Under the pieces are notes generated by a model that saw nothing but the letters and a program-made list of their open reading frames with translations, was not told the origin of the DNA and ran no database searches. Below are positions 19,556 through 29,272 of a stretch of 64,000 bases of DNA, piece by piece. The translations under genes and the position numbers were made by a program. The stretch's first letter is position 1. Every line of letters starts with the position of its first letter. This DNA is from a plasmid: the sequence record NZ_CP104305.1; one strand, 5' to 3'.

Positions 19556-21341
19556 ACTCTTGCATTAATGCCACAGGCTCAACGCTTACCGGCACATTTA
19601 GTACTTGTGGCGTCACGTTTAAGTCTGGGTGATACACATAATCCGAGTGATCCATCTGTAACTCTTTGAATCGTGGGTGATTTTTTAATTGATATTTTTG
19701 AGACAAAAATGGCGGCACCCCTCTGAGCATATAAATGCTCTGGTCGCCGCCGATTCGATCGACTTCATCTGGCGAAAGTAAATCCCGCGCAATTTTATCG
19801 TAGTTTTGGTTAAAGGAACTGTTACTACCTTTGGTTTCACCATACCGCTGCACATCAATCGTTCCTTTGCCAAGAATCTCTGAAATGTACTTGGCGGTTT
19901 CACTATCGTGCCCGCCAAGATACAGCAGCGAGTCAGATGCACCTAGAATCGCTTGATAAGACTTTGGATAGCGTTCCTTAAGCTGGCTCAGTTCCTGCAC
20001 GATTGGCACACAGAAAATGCCACGTGAACGCAAGGTGTTAATTCGCTTATCAAACTGAGGAATCTGACCACTGTTTGCAAATTCATCTTGCCAACAAACG
20101 ACTGTTTCATTGAGACGTCCATTAGGTTGACGGTCTGCGTGTTCGACTAAAGTCGTAAATAATGTTTGGTAGACCAAGCTCACTAAAAAGTTAAACGTTT
20201 CGCTTTGATCCGGTAGAATCAAAAACAAAATCTGCTTTTCGTCACCCAGGGTTGATAGGTTCAACGTGTCATCACTCGTAATATTGACAATGCTCGGTAC
20301 ATCAAACGGCGCTAAACGAACACCAAGCGAAATAACAATACTCATGGCCGTCTTAGCTGGTGCCAGCTTAAAGATGCCATATTGTTTAACCGCGAATGAA
20401 TCTGGGTGTTTGACAGAAAATTCCGCAAAGATTTGATCGAGTGGCGTTTCATTACCACCAGCATCTTCATCAATCGTTGCCAAGCGTACCAAATCCAAAA
20501 TGTGCGGTAGATTACGCTTTTTAGGAAATTGCTGATCCAGTCTTGCATAATCAAACAAGGCTTGCATCAGTGCTTTCTCGCCTTTATCAAAAAATGGATC
20601 ACTTTTACTCTGCGGCGAAGTTGTGTTTTGCATAATCGCGTTCACAACCTCAATAACGTCATCTTCATTATGGATATAAGCAAACACATTAAAATGATCA
20701 GTATGCTCGCGAGTGACAAGATCAAACACTTTTACTTTATAGCCAGAGTTTTCAAAGAAATTACCAACCCATTTTAGGGTCTGTCCTTTCGTATCTGTGA
20801 CCACATAAGAGCTAGATCGTTGAAGCAAATTAGGTACGACAACGGTACGTGTCTTCCCTGAACCAGCGCCACCAATAACTGTCACAAATTGATTACGCTG
20901 CAACTTCATAGGACGTTCGTGGTTGAGATCGTTCAAATACAGCTTCTCAGTCGCTGTCATGATTAAATTGTTATCGGGGTTCTTGGTGTCTTCAAACGGA
21001 AGAATATCTTTACGAGTCCCCCACTGTGCGCTGCCGTGTTCCTCGCCAGGTCGGTAATTCTTTTTATTGGTGGCAACATACAATACTACCAACGCTACAA
21101 CCGCCAGTAGAATCATGCCACCAAGAAATGGCTTACCCCTAAAAGTGAGCGGCCACCATGCGACCTTACCAAGGTTGTCAGATACGAAAAGGACTTTGTC
21201 GATCATGGTTTTGGCATCTTCCGGCTTAACTGCATAAACAGCACGCGTCAGACCACTGCCGACACCATAAACAAGTAAGCCACCAAAGACACTCAAACCA
21301 ACACGCCAAAGCAATTTTTTAAGCTGCTCTTTTTCCATCAA
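19521..21341 (-). CDS. VirD4/TraG-family type IV coupling protein
   Basis: N-terminal TMs, Walker A VIGGAGSGKTRT, ~600 aa. Confidence 0.8.
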   Translation of the reverse strand: MMEKEQLKKLLWRVGLSVFGGLLVYGVGSGLTRAVYAVKPEDAKTMIDKVLFVSDNLGKVAWWPLTFRGKPFLGGMILLAVVALVVLYVATNKKNYRPGEEHGSAQWGTRKDILPFEDTKNPDNNLIMTATEKLYLNDLNHERPMKLQRNQFVTVIGGAGSGKTRTVVVPNLLQRSSSYVVTDTKGQTLKWVGNFFENSGYKVKVFDLVTREHTDHFNVFAYIHNEDDVIEVVNAIMQNTTSPQSKSDPFFDKGEKALMQALFDYARLDQQFPKKRNLPHILDLVRLATIDEDAGGNETPLDQIFAEFSVKHPDSFAVKQYGIFKLAPAKTAMSIVISLGVRLAPFDVPSIVNITSDDTLNLSTLGDEKQILFLILPDQSETFNFLVSLVYQTLFTTLVEHADRQPNGRLNETVVCWQDEFANSGQIPQFDKRINTLRSRGIFCVPIVQELSQLKERYPKSYQAILGASDSLLYLGGHDSETAKYISEILGKGTIDVQRYGETKGSNSSFNQNYDKIARDLLSPDEVDRIGGDQSIYMLRGVPPFLSQKYQLKNHPRFKELQMDHSDYVYHPDLNVTPQVLNVPVSVEPVALMQEFDEQTQIVKEA

Positions 21342-21820
21342 CGTTCACGTTCCTTGCTTCGTTGTCGTGTCCGCGTCTTTTTGTGTTCCTGATTGTGTTC
21401 TTTCGCAGTCGTCTTGGCTTTCTCAACCTTCTGTTCCCAAGTTTGATTGTTCTCAGGCGCCTTTTGAAAGTCCTTCACAACTTTTTCCAAGCCAAGATGA
21501 ACACGGTCTATATCGTTACCACGGAAGAACACGTGAAATTCATTCGTGCCCTTTACCCTGATCATGGAGAAATCAATGTTGTATTTTTTGAACTCTTTCT
21601 TCAAAGCACGCAAATCTGTTTTATCAATATCGACGTGTTCTAAAGCACCTTTTTTTTGCAATTCAGCCAAATTTTGGCGGCCTGTGATGCGTTGATTGTG
21701 AATGGCCTGTTTGCTCACATCTATCACCTTACCAGGCAATTTAACAGCTAATAACTTAATCACTTCTTGCGCTGTCATGGTCGATAGACGAAGCACATAT
21801 TCCGCTGCTTGATTATCCAT
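21338..21820 (-). CDS. conjugal transfer accessory protein (PcfB/DUF3801-like)
   Basis: 160 aa basic C-terminus, directly upstream of coupling protein as in enterococcal pcfB-pcfC. Confidence 0.3.
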   Translation of the reverse strand: MDNQAAEYVLRLSTMTAQEVIKLLAVKLPGKVIDVSKQAIHNQRITGRQNLAELQKKGALEHVDIDKTDLRALKKEFKKYNIDFSMIRVKGTNEFHVFFRGNDIDRVHLGLEKVVKDFQKAPENNQTWEQKVEKAKTTAKEHNQEHKKTRTRQRSKERER

Positions 21821-21840
21821 TTTGTATCACCTACCCTTTT

Positions 21841-23382
21841 TTACACCGTCTCACTGACTGTGATGGTCAAGGTTTGCGTTGTTGACTGACCAAATTTATC
21901 CGTGACGGTATACGTCAGTTCATAGCTGCCAGGCTTGCTCGTATCAACGGAACCATCAACATCAACGGTAACAGCGCCATAAGGACTCGTTACAGTGACA
22001 TTTGCCTTTGGATCAAACTGATCACCGACTTTAATCATGGTTGGCACTTTCGACAAATCAAGTGTTGGCTTGTCAGCTTTAACGTTGACCGTGACTTGCT
22101 TGACCGTCTTTTGTCCGAACTTGTCAGTGACGGTATAGGTCAAATCATTGCTGCCAGGCTTGCTCGTATCAACGGAACCATAAACGGTCACATTCACAGC
22201 ACCATAAGGACTGGTTGCGTTGACGTTAGCCATTGGTTCAAACTTATCTCCCACCTTGAGCGTGGTTGGCACTTTGGAAACATCAAGGGTCGGCGCAGTG
22301 GCATAGACACTAACTGTTCGTTTCACGCTTGTAACAGCGCCATTTTTGTCAGTCACTTCATACGTTAGCTCGTAGTCCCCTGGCTTGCTGGTGTCAACGG
22401 TTCCGGTCACTTTAATGTCAGAAGTCAAATCGCCGTCTTGGTAATCGTCAGCCGTCACGCCTTGCTTTGGATCAAAGTCATGACCCACTTCTACGCGATT
22501 GTCACTAGCAATATGAATCACGGGAGCGTCATTGGTTACCACCACATCACGAGTTGCGCTTACAGTATGCCCTGCGCTGTCTGTGACTTGATAAGTGACT
22601 TGGTAAGTCCCTTCGGTATTAATATCCACGGTGCTGGCATAGACAACCTTGTGGGTCAAATCGCCATCTTCGGCATCATGCGCACTCACGCCGTCCATCA
22701 GGTCATAACTCTTTTGTCCCAGATGCAGATACAACACGTCAGCAAACGAGATTGTAGGCGCTTGATCGACTGGGGTTGGATTGCCAGGCGTTTGGTCGCC
22801 AGGGGTTTGGTTGCCAGGCGTTTGGTCGCCAGGGGTTTGGTTGCCAGGCGTTTGGTCGCCAGGGGTTTGATTGCCAGGCGTTTGATTGTCTGGTGTTGGT
22901 GTTGGTGTTGGTGTTGGTGTTGGTGTTGGCATCTCTACTACTGGTGTCGGAGTCGGTTCTGGTGCAGTCGGTGTATTATCCGCTGGCTTTGGTGTGTTTT
23001 GCTCTGCTGTTCCTTGATCAGCTAACGAAACCAAGTTTTGAGTATTGCTCGATGCAAGCTGTTTGGATAAATCATCTTTGCTGAATGGAAAGGCGGAGGC
23101 GGCTTGATTATCATTGCTACCACTAGGCAAGTCAGGCGCTAAAGCCGCTTGAATTTCTTTTTCAGTTTTGTTAGAAGAAGATGGCTCTTTTTCTTTCGCT
23201 TTCTTTTTCGTGCTGCCTTTCTTCTCTGACGGAAATAGCCACTGCTTGCTCGATGAGCTACTTTTCTTTGCTGACTGTGAAGTAGGCGCAGCATTTAATT
23301 GATACGCTGCATAGCCACCACCACCTAAAACAACGGCACTAATCAAGAGGATTGCGGCCGTTTTCTTTTTCTTGTTGAACAT
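21841..23382 (-). CDS. secreted/membrane-anchored surface protein with Pro/Thr-rich repeats and three Ig-like (DUF5011-type) domains
   Basis: signal/TM segment; repeats VT.D..G..T...R.V.V; no LPXTG. Confidence 0.5.
   Translation of the reverse strand: MFNKKKKTAAILLISAVVLGGGGYAAYQLNAAPTSQSAKKSSSSSKQWLFPSEKKGSTKKKAKEKEPSSSNKTEKEIQAALAPDLPSGSNDNQAASAFPFSKDDLSKQLASSNTQNLVSLADQGTAEQNTPKPADNTPTAPEPTPTPVVEMPTPTPTPTPTPTPDNQTPGNQTPGDQTPGNQTPGDQTPGNQTPGDQTPGNPTPVDQAPTISFADVLYLHLGQKSYDLMDGVSAHDAEDGDLTHKVVYASTVDINTEGTYQVTYQVTDSAGHTVSATRDVVVTNDAPVIHIASDNRVEVGHDFDPKQGVTADDYQDGDLTSDIKVTGTVDTSKPGDYELTYEVTDKNGAVTSVKRTVSVYATAPTLDVSKVPTTLKVGDKFEPMANVNATSPYGAVNVTVYGSVDTSKPGSNDLTYTVTDKFGQKTVKQVTVNVKADKPTLDLSKVPTMIKVGDQFDPKANVTVTSPYGAVTVDVDGSVDTSKPGSYELTYTVTDKFGQSTTQTLTITVSETV
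22772..22929. repeat. in-frame tandem repeats: 4 x 30 bp (TPGNQTPGDQ) then (TGGTGT)n (TP)n
   Basis: direct reading of sequence. Confidence 0.8.
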
Positions 23383-23397
23383 GAATCATACCTCCTT

Positions 23398-23679
23398 TTA
23401 AGGCTGTGATCGCAGGAAGGACGCAAGCTCGGTTCCCGGTTCTAAAACCGCTTTAACTGTGGCGGCATTCGTTGGCACTACCCGAATGACCTTCCCAATT
23501 TGGACGGCATCAGGGCACATTTTCCAGCCACTTGCGTAACTGACAATCGCGTCTTGTGGCACCATCTCTTTACCCCCGCGCTTCCAGCGTGGTAGCAGCA
23601 ATTCAATGAGGCCATGATGCACTTTCATGTTGCGCAGCTGAGATTGTTTCAAGAGAACATTTGCAGACATTTTAATCAC
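23398..23679 (-). CDS. hypothetical protein
   Basis: ORF with RBS ggaggtga. Confidence 0.3.
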   Translation of the reverse strand: MIKMSANVLLKQSQLRNMKVHHGLIELLLPRWKRGGKEMVPQDAIVSYASGWKMCPDAVQIGKVIRVVPTNAATVKAVLEPGTELASFLRSQP

Positions 23680-23683
23680 CTCC

Positions 23684-23983
23684 TCAAATTAAATTTTTGG
23701 GTACATCTGGCACGCGATTACCGTTGAATACCAAACTACCGTCACGTTGTGCTTGAAGATACGTCACCCGCAGCACAAGCAAATGCGCTAACGTGCCAGG
23801 TGGCTGAATTTCACCAATGACAACTAAGGTACCTTTCTCAACCGGAAAACGAGTGTGCTTTTTAACCCAGTCCTTGCCGACAAGCACGGAGTAGGAAACA
23901 CCGTTTTGAACGATCGGGCGTGTTAAATAGGTATCACGCAGCCAAATCCCTGATTGTTCTGCCATAAAAATCCTCCTTTCCAC
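23684..23983 (-). CDS. hypothetical protein
   Basis: ORF with RBS aaaggagga. Confidence 0.3.
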   Translation of the reverse strand: MERRIFMAEQSGIWLRDTYLTRPIVQNGVSYSVLVGKDWVKKHTRFPVEKGTLVVIGEIQPPGTLAHLLVLRVTYLQAQRDGSLVFNGNRVPDVPKNLI

Positions 23984-24016
23984 ACAAAAACCCGTGTTAG
24001 AAAATCAACACGGGTT
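23979..24016 (-). terminator. rho-independent terminator immediately upstream of 23983 gene
   Basis: aacccgtgtt...aacacgggtt hairpin followed by TTTTTGTG on minus strand. Confidence 0.45.
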
Positions 24017-24035
24017 CCTTTATTGATGGCTTGCG

Positions 24036-24075
24036 CCAAGGCCGCATCGTGGAATCGAACCACGTACACCAGTTG
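24036..24075 (-). other. tRNA 3'-end-like sequence (T-arm plus acceptor strand), possible att-site relic
   Basis: minus strand CGTGG-TTCGATT-CCACG (5-bp stem, 7-nt T-loop consensus) followed by ATGCGGC C; no D or anticodon arm so not a functional tRNA. Confidence 0.3.
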
Positions 24076-24293
24076 CGGCGATGTTTTGAGTTTGCTATGC
24101 TACTTGAGCGTTAATACCTAAACAGAAGTGTGCCTCTAGGGCACGCTTTTTCTTTTGCAAGCGCGTTCCCTATTTAATGCCTCTCGTTCTTCTTGACGAG
24201 AACAACGGCCGCTCACAACACAAGCAGCATAAAGCGTGAACAGTAACAATCCCAGGACAATACCTAATATGACAAACAATATAAGCCTCAGCA

Positions 24294-24488
24294 TCATGTC
24301 ATCTTCTTTCTAGGAATGTTTGTAGCTGGTATGAAACCTGCTTTGATCAATTCTGCTTCCGCGACAATTAGCCTTCTAAGAAGCTCAGAAGGCCGCTCGC
24401 CTGTCGCTTCACAAAGAAACTGGAGCTGTATTCGTTCCTCTGGTGTGATGGTAATTTGATAACGACGATTGTGCTTGTTGACTACCAA
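24294..24488 (-). CDS. ribbon-helix-helix (CopG-like) transcriptional regulator
   Basis: 64 aa; N-terminal beta-strand-like RRYQITITPEE followed by two helices. Confidence 0.45.
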   Translation of the reverse strand: MVVNKHNRRYQITITPEERIQLQFLCEATGERPSELLRRLIVAEAELIKAGFIPATNIPRKKMT

Positions 24489-24503
24489 GGTTGCCTCCTA
24501 ATC

Positions 24504-24554
24504 AAAAGTGACGTCACCCTCCATCGCTGTTAAGCAAAAGGTGACGTCACTTTT
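24504..24554. promoter_or_regulatory. two 10-bp palindromes GTGACGTCAC flanked by A4/T4, candidate operator of RHH gene
   Basis: aaaagtgacgtcac (24504-24517) ... gtgacgtcactttt (24541-24554), 16-75 bp upstream of RHH start. Confidence 0.45.
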
Positions 24555-24988
24555 ATTTTTACCGCTTGCTGGCAAAACGCCAACTTGCTCATAAATCGGC
24601 CATAATAAAAACCCCGACCAACAGTTGGGGGCTAGTCGAGGCATGAGAAAGAAGAATTGATCGATGAACGACACAGCGCATGACCTATTTTCCATTAGGT
24701 CTCTGGTGCCCGTTTACAACGCTGGATTCATAGGAAGAGTTAAACAGATATAAGGAAGTAGTCACCAGACGTTTTTTCTCCAGCGTCTGCGCACCCTTAA
24801 CATAACAAAAATGACTTCTGTTGCCAAGGCAGTTTCGTTATTTCTTGCTGTCTAATGTTCCAGTCTGCAACAAAAAAGACAACTCATGAAGTTGTCCTTT
24901 GAAGATGAAGCATTCATAGTGTTGAAACACATTTATACTTAGTAGACACTCCCATAACTACCGAAGAATGGTTCCCCTAGAACTAATA

Positions 24989-25378
24989 CTATTTCTTACT
25001 CTTTTTAACACGTTTTGCCGGTTTCTTGGCCTTAACGCTGGTTTTCAGTTTTAAGGCTGGCGTGAACTTAACGTTCTTGGTTGCTTCAATTTGGATTGGT
25101 TCCCCTGTTCGGGGATTGCGTCCTTTTCTTGCAGCCCGATCCGTCACTCTAAAACTGCCAAACTCGATAATTTGCACCTTTTCACCAGCAACCAGGGCAT
25201 CAGTGATGACTTGATTGTAGAGATTAATAAACTTGCGCAGCTCCTCGCCATTACTGTACATGCCCGCTTTATCAGCGGCTGTCTGCATTCGTTTAATCAG
25301 CATCGCCTTATTCACGGTCAGCGGTGTCGTTGCTGCTTTGGTTACGGCCTTTTTTGGTGTTGTCTTTTTCTTTGCCAT
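24989..25378 (-). CDS. HU/IHF-family DNA-binding protein with Lys-rich tails
   Basis: GFGSFRVTDRAARKGRNPRTGEPIQI core motif of HU beta-arm. Confidence 0.85.
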   Translation of the reverse strand: MAKKKTTPKKAVTKAATTPLTVNKAMLIKRMQTAADKAGMYSNGEELRKFINLYNQVITDALVAGEKVQIIEFGSFRVTDRAARKGRNPRTGEPIQIEATKNVKFTPALKLKTSVKAKKPAKRVKKSKK

Positions 25379-25552
25379 GTTCTTGACCTCATTTCTTACA
25401 GAAGTATTTTCTACTGACCCCTATATCATAAGATAATGCTAGTCATGATGCCATCTTTAACCTTTGCATATAGCGCTGCTTGTAGGAATCGAACCTACCT
25501 AAAACATTAGCAACATCATAAAAAGCAGTCGATTAGACTGCTTCTAAGAATC

Positions 25553-27793
25553 TTAACGACTTTGACGCTTGTGGTAGTAAGCAAACCCACCAAAACCTAA
25601 GCCAATGACCAGCAATAGAATACCAAGCCAAAAGGCGACGTGGTTATTGCTATCACCTGTTTGTGGCATGGTGCCTGTCTTCTGTGCGACCGGTGCTGCT
25701 GGTGTTGTAGAAGATGGTGTCGTTGGTTTAACTGGTTTAACCACATTTTTTTGGTTCTTGTTGTTTTTGGCAGAAATCTCAATGACTTGACCGTCATTTG
25801 CAAGTGTGATGCCATCTTGCTCAAAGCTGCCTGTATACCCTTCTGGGGTTTTGGTTTCTTTCAAGCTGTACTTACGGTTAGCAACAATCGCAAATTCCGC
25901 ATAGCCGTTCTTATCAGTTGTTGCCTTTTGCTGATTGCCAAAATCATCAGTCAACGTAAATTCCGCGCCAGCAACAGGGTTTCTGAACTGATCGACTTTG
26001 TGGATTTTGATGCTGCCAGTATTGATTTCATTCTTGGACGTGTATTCCAAAACTTGACCATCGTTGGCAAGCGTAATGCCTGCTTGCTTGTAGGTGCCAT
26101 GATAGCCAAGTGGGTTCTTGTTTTCTTCAAGAGTGTATGAACGGTTAGCAACAATCGCAAATTCCGCATAGCCGTTCTTATCAGTTGTTGCCTTTTGTTG
26201 ATTGCCAAGATCGTCCGTCAACGTAAATTCGGCACCAGCTAAAGGTTTGCCATTCTGATCAACTTTATGGACTTTCACAACGCCCTTATTCAACGTGTTC
26301 TTAGCCGTATAACTTAAAACCTGACCGTCATTAGCAAGTGTGATGCCTGCTTGCTTGAAGTTGCCGGTGTACCCTGCTGGGGACTTGGTTTCTTCAAGTG
26401 TGTACGTGCGGTTTGCAACAATGTTGAAGGAAGCAAGACCATCTTTGCCAGTCGTTGCCTTTTGTTGATTGCCTTGATCGTCAGTCAATGTAAATGCAGC
26501 ACCTGCTAAAGATTTGCCATTTTGATCGACTTTATGGACTTTCACAACGCCCTTATTCAACGTGTTCTTGGCCGTGTAACTAAAGACCTGACCGTCATTA
26601 GCAAGCGTGATACCAGCCTGCTTGAAGCTACCTGTGTACCCTGCTGGGGTCTTGGTTTCTTCCAGCGAATACGTCGCGCCTTCGGCAATCGTAAAGGTAG
26701 CCAGGCCATCTTTACCAGTGACTGCTTTTGTGGCCGTGCCGTTGTTATCTGTCAAAGTAAATTCAGCACCAGCAAGCGACTTACCGTCCTGATCCACCTT
26801 GTGAACCTGCACCTTACCGGTTGCTCGCGTCCAGTTAGCCTGATTATTAGCAAGCAGCGGCTTAACGAGTCCGGCAATGAGTACCAGGCTGTCTTGATAA
26901 GTTTGCGCAGCGTCTGTATAAACAACCGGCACAATCGCGGACACATTGCCGTTGACATCAAAAGTGATATTGCCAGTTAGTGTTGATGTTGGCACTAGGA
27001 TTGAAAATGGTTGACCAACGGTCACCGTATTGTTGGTAATGGCGTTGCCTTTTGCATCGACAAGTTTCATACCAGGCACTTGGTTCTTGAAGTTCAGTGT
27101 CGCTGTGCCCTGCTGGTTACTGTTGACCGTGTAAGTGTACTTGTGATACCCATTTTCCTTTGTTTGACCATCTGCACTGATGGTAAAGGACGTGTTCGCC
27201 GTGTCCTTTTGGTTCATCACATTGTTATAAACCAACGTTGCGGCTGCTTTTACACGATTAACAGCGTCTTGACCATATGGCGCATAGATACCGTCCTTGA
27301 AGGCGCCAGGACGTGATGCCTGCCAAACAAGTTGATCCCACGATAAATTGCCGCTGATAACCCACGAAACCAGCTGAGAAGCATACCAGGCTTCCTGGTT
27401 CGTCAGTCCAGCAATATTCCAGTACGCTGTATCGCTTGCTGGGTGCGCCGTAAAGCCATATTTGAACAGCCGATATTGTGCATCAGTTCCGAGCTGTCCC
27501 TTCTCGTGTGTTTGACCGATTGGAGATTCTCGTTGTGCTTCCAAACAGTAGGCGTAGTTACCATTGCTGTCTTTGTACGACTGGGAAATCAAGTAATTTA
27601 GCGACCCCGTTGGGGTTTTCACCATGGCGTAGCCTGCCCCGTCTGTATTCGCGGCATAGTCGCCTTTACTGAATGTCATGAACGCAGGCACGTCAGTATC
27701 TGCCGCCGCAGATACATGGTTGAGTTGACCGCCAATAAGTCCCAGTGCGACTGCACCAGTAAAAAAGGCGGCCTTTAGCCATTTATGTTGCAT
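25553..27793 (-). CDS. LPXTG-anchored surface adhesin with four CnaB-type repeats
   Basis: signal peptide; ~95-aa repeats VKVHKVDQNGK..AGAEFTLTD...YTLEETK.PAGYTG (E-box); C-terminal MPQTG plus TM plus KRQSR. Confidence 0.8.
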   Translation of the reverse strand: MQHKWLKAAFFTGAVALGLIGGQLNHVSAAADTDVPAFMTFSKGDYAANTDGAGYAMVKTPTGSLNYLISQSYKDSNGNYAYCLEAQRESPIGQTHEKGQLGTDAQYRLFKYGFTAHPASDTAYWNIAGLTNQEAWYASQLVSWVISGNLSWDQLVWQASRPGAFKDGIYAPYGQDAVNRVKAAATLVYNNVMNQKDTANTSFTISADGQTKENGYHKYTYTVNSNQQGTATLNFKNQVPGMKLVDAKGNAITNNTVTVGQPFSILVPTSTLTGNITFDVNGNVSAIVPVVYTDAAQTYQDSLVLIAGLVKPLLANNQANWTRATGKVQVHKVDQDGKSLAGAEFTLTDNNGTATKAVTGKDGLATFTIAEGATYSLEETKTPAGYTGSFKQAGITLANDGQVFSYTAKNTLNKGVVKVHKVDQNGKSLAGAAFTLTDDQGNQQKATTGKDGLASFNIVANRTYTLEETKSPAGYTGNFKQAGITLANDGQVLSYTAKNTLNKGVVKVHKVDQNGKPLAGAEFTLTDDLGNQQKATTDKNGYAEFAIVANRSYTLEENKNPLGYHGTYKQAGITLANDGQVLEYTSKNEINTGSIKIHKVDQFRNPVAGAEFTLTDDFGNQQKATTDKNGYAEFAIVANRKYSLKETKTPEGYTGSFEQDGITLANDGQVIEISAKNNKNQKNVVKPVKPTTPSSTTPAAPVAQKTGTMPQTGDSNNHVAFWLGILLLVIGLGFGGFAYYHKRQSR

Positions 27794-27940
27794 TATTTCT
27801 CCTTCTTTCTGTTACTTCTTTGTTTGAATCAGTAACTTCCTTCACTACCAACTCACATCGGCACCACCTCCCGAAAGGTACAAAAAAACAGCCAATCTAG
27901 TCGATTGACTGTTCTAAAGTCATTTAAATTTAGCGAAACC

Positions 27941-28957
27941 TTACCGGACAGCTACTGCCATACCAGTCACATTAAAGGCGTTCTCAAAAGTGCCAGCATT
28001 GATCCAACGGGCGCCGAAGACTGGATCAACAACGTGATAGGCACCATCTTTGAAGCCATCAACGCTGACAACATGACCGTTCCAAACAGCACGTCCCCAG
28101 GACATTTGCTGGAACTTGGTTGTGCATTACTACTGCCACTATTACTAGAAACACCATTGCCACTAGTTTGACCCTGAGGTGCGTTTGTCTTGGTAGTGTT
28201 GCTAGCTGTCATTGTTGCTGCGGATTGACTACTTGCGGTTTGGCTAGAGGAAGTTGCTGTCTGTGCCGCAGCTAATTGCGAGTCACCTGCAGCTGCCTGC
28301 TTCTTAGCCTGCTCAGCTTGCTGATCTTTAGGCAGATTCTTGATGGCATCGTCTAATTTTGGTAAGTATTTATCCTTGAATGCTTTGACATTGACCGCAT
28401 TGATAGCATCACGAGCCTGATTGATTTTCGTCTGATCTGGATCGCCGGTCGTAGCCGCTTTAACAAGTGCCACTGCTTTGACTTCACGATCAAGCAATGT
28501 TGCCTTGTCCTTAATAGTCGCCGCAAACTTAGCTTTATGTGCTTGTAGATAAGTAAAATCATTGTTGAAGACTTGAATCTTAAAGTCCTCGTCTTTCAAC
28601 ACCTGATCCTTATCAAGCTCAGTATTCAAAGTATCTTGGACGAAGAAGATTTTCTTGGCCGCCTGCAACTGTTGTTGATCGACTTTGAACGTCTTCTGTT
28701 GTGCTTTCGACAAATCACTCCGCAGCTTATACACTTTATCCTTTTGCGTGTTGGCCTTAGTCAATGCCGCTTCGCTGAGCTGCTTAGCAGGCATCTCATA
28801 CTTGCTGTCAGCGTAAAGACTTTTCACTTGCTTGGTCAGACGTGTCAATTGCGGTTGTCCCGCTTTTTTTGCGTTGATGCTTTAGCTTGATTACCACATC
28901 CGGCTAAAAGTAACCCTGACACTAAAATGATACCACCCGTTTTTACCATCATTTTCA
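27941..28957 (-). pseudogene. lipoprotein gene disrupted by frameshift at A7 tract (possible second shift near 28100)
   Basis: minus strand MKMMVKTGGIILVSGLLLAGCGNQAKASTQKK terminates after A7 (28866-28872 region); the 293-aa body continues in the -1 frame; C-terminal frame change exposes GHVVSVDG..AYHVVD-like segment. Confidence 0.45.
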
Positions 28958-28996
28958 TTTGATTCAGCCTCCTGTTTGGCCTTTTCTTATGCGTGG

Positions 28997-29272
28997 TTAT
29001 AGCAAATTGCTATCAATGACGATGGTCCTTGCATCATCCTCACCTTGCAAGACTTGCTTTTCCTTTTCAACTAATTCATCATGGAAATCCGCCAAGTCAT
29101 CTGCTTCTAGCAGAATCTCAGCGGCTTGATCAAGCGATACCTCATGTGGCGTTAAATCATCTAGCGCATCATCAATTTCATTCTGATAAATGCGCTTAGC
29201 CTCTTCTGGCGTATCTGCCACAATCAACGCATAATAATCATGATGATCCGTGTCAAACTCATAGAATCGCAT
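28997..29272 (-). CDS. hyper-acidic small protein
   Basis: 91 aa, >30% Asp/Glu. Confidence 0.4.
   Translation of the reverse strand: MRFYEFDTDHHDYYALIVADTPEEAKRIYQNEIDDALDDLTPHEVSLDQAAEILLEADDLADFHDELVEKEKQVLQGEDDARTIVIDSNLL

Noticed and set aside
24498-24695. 65-aa ORF upstream of the RHH gene
   Set aside because: It overlaps the palindromic operator region and lacks an RBS. The region is more plausibly a promoter/operator.
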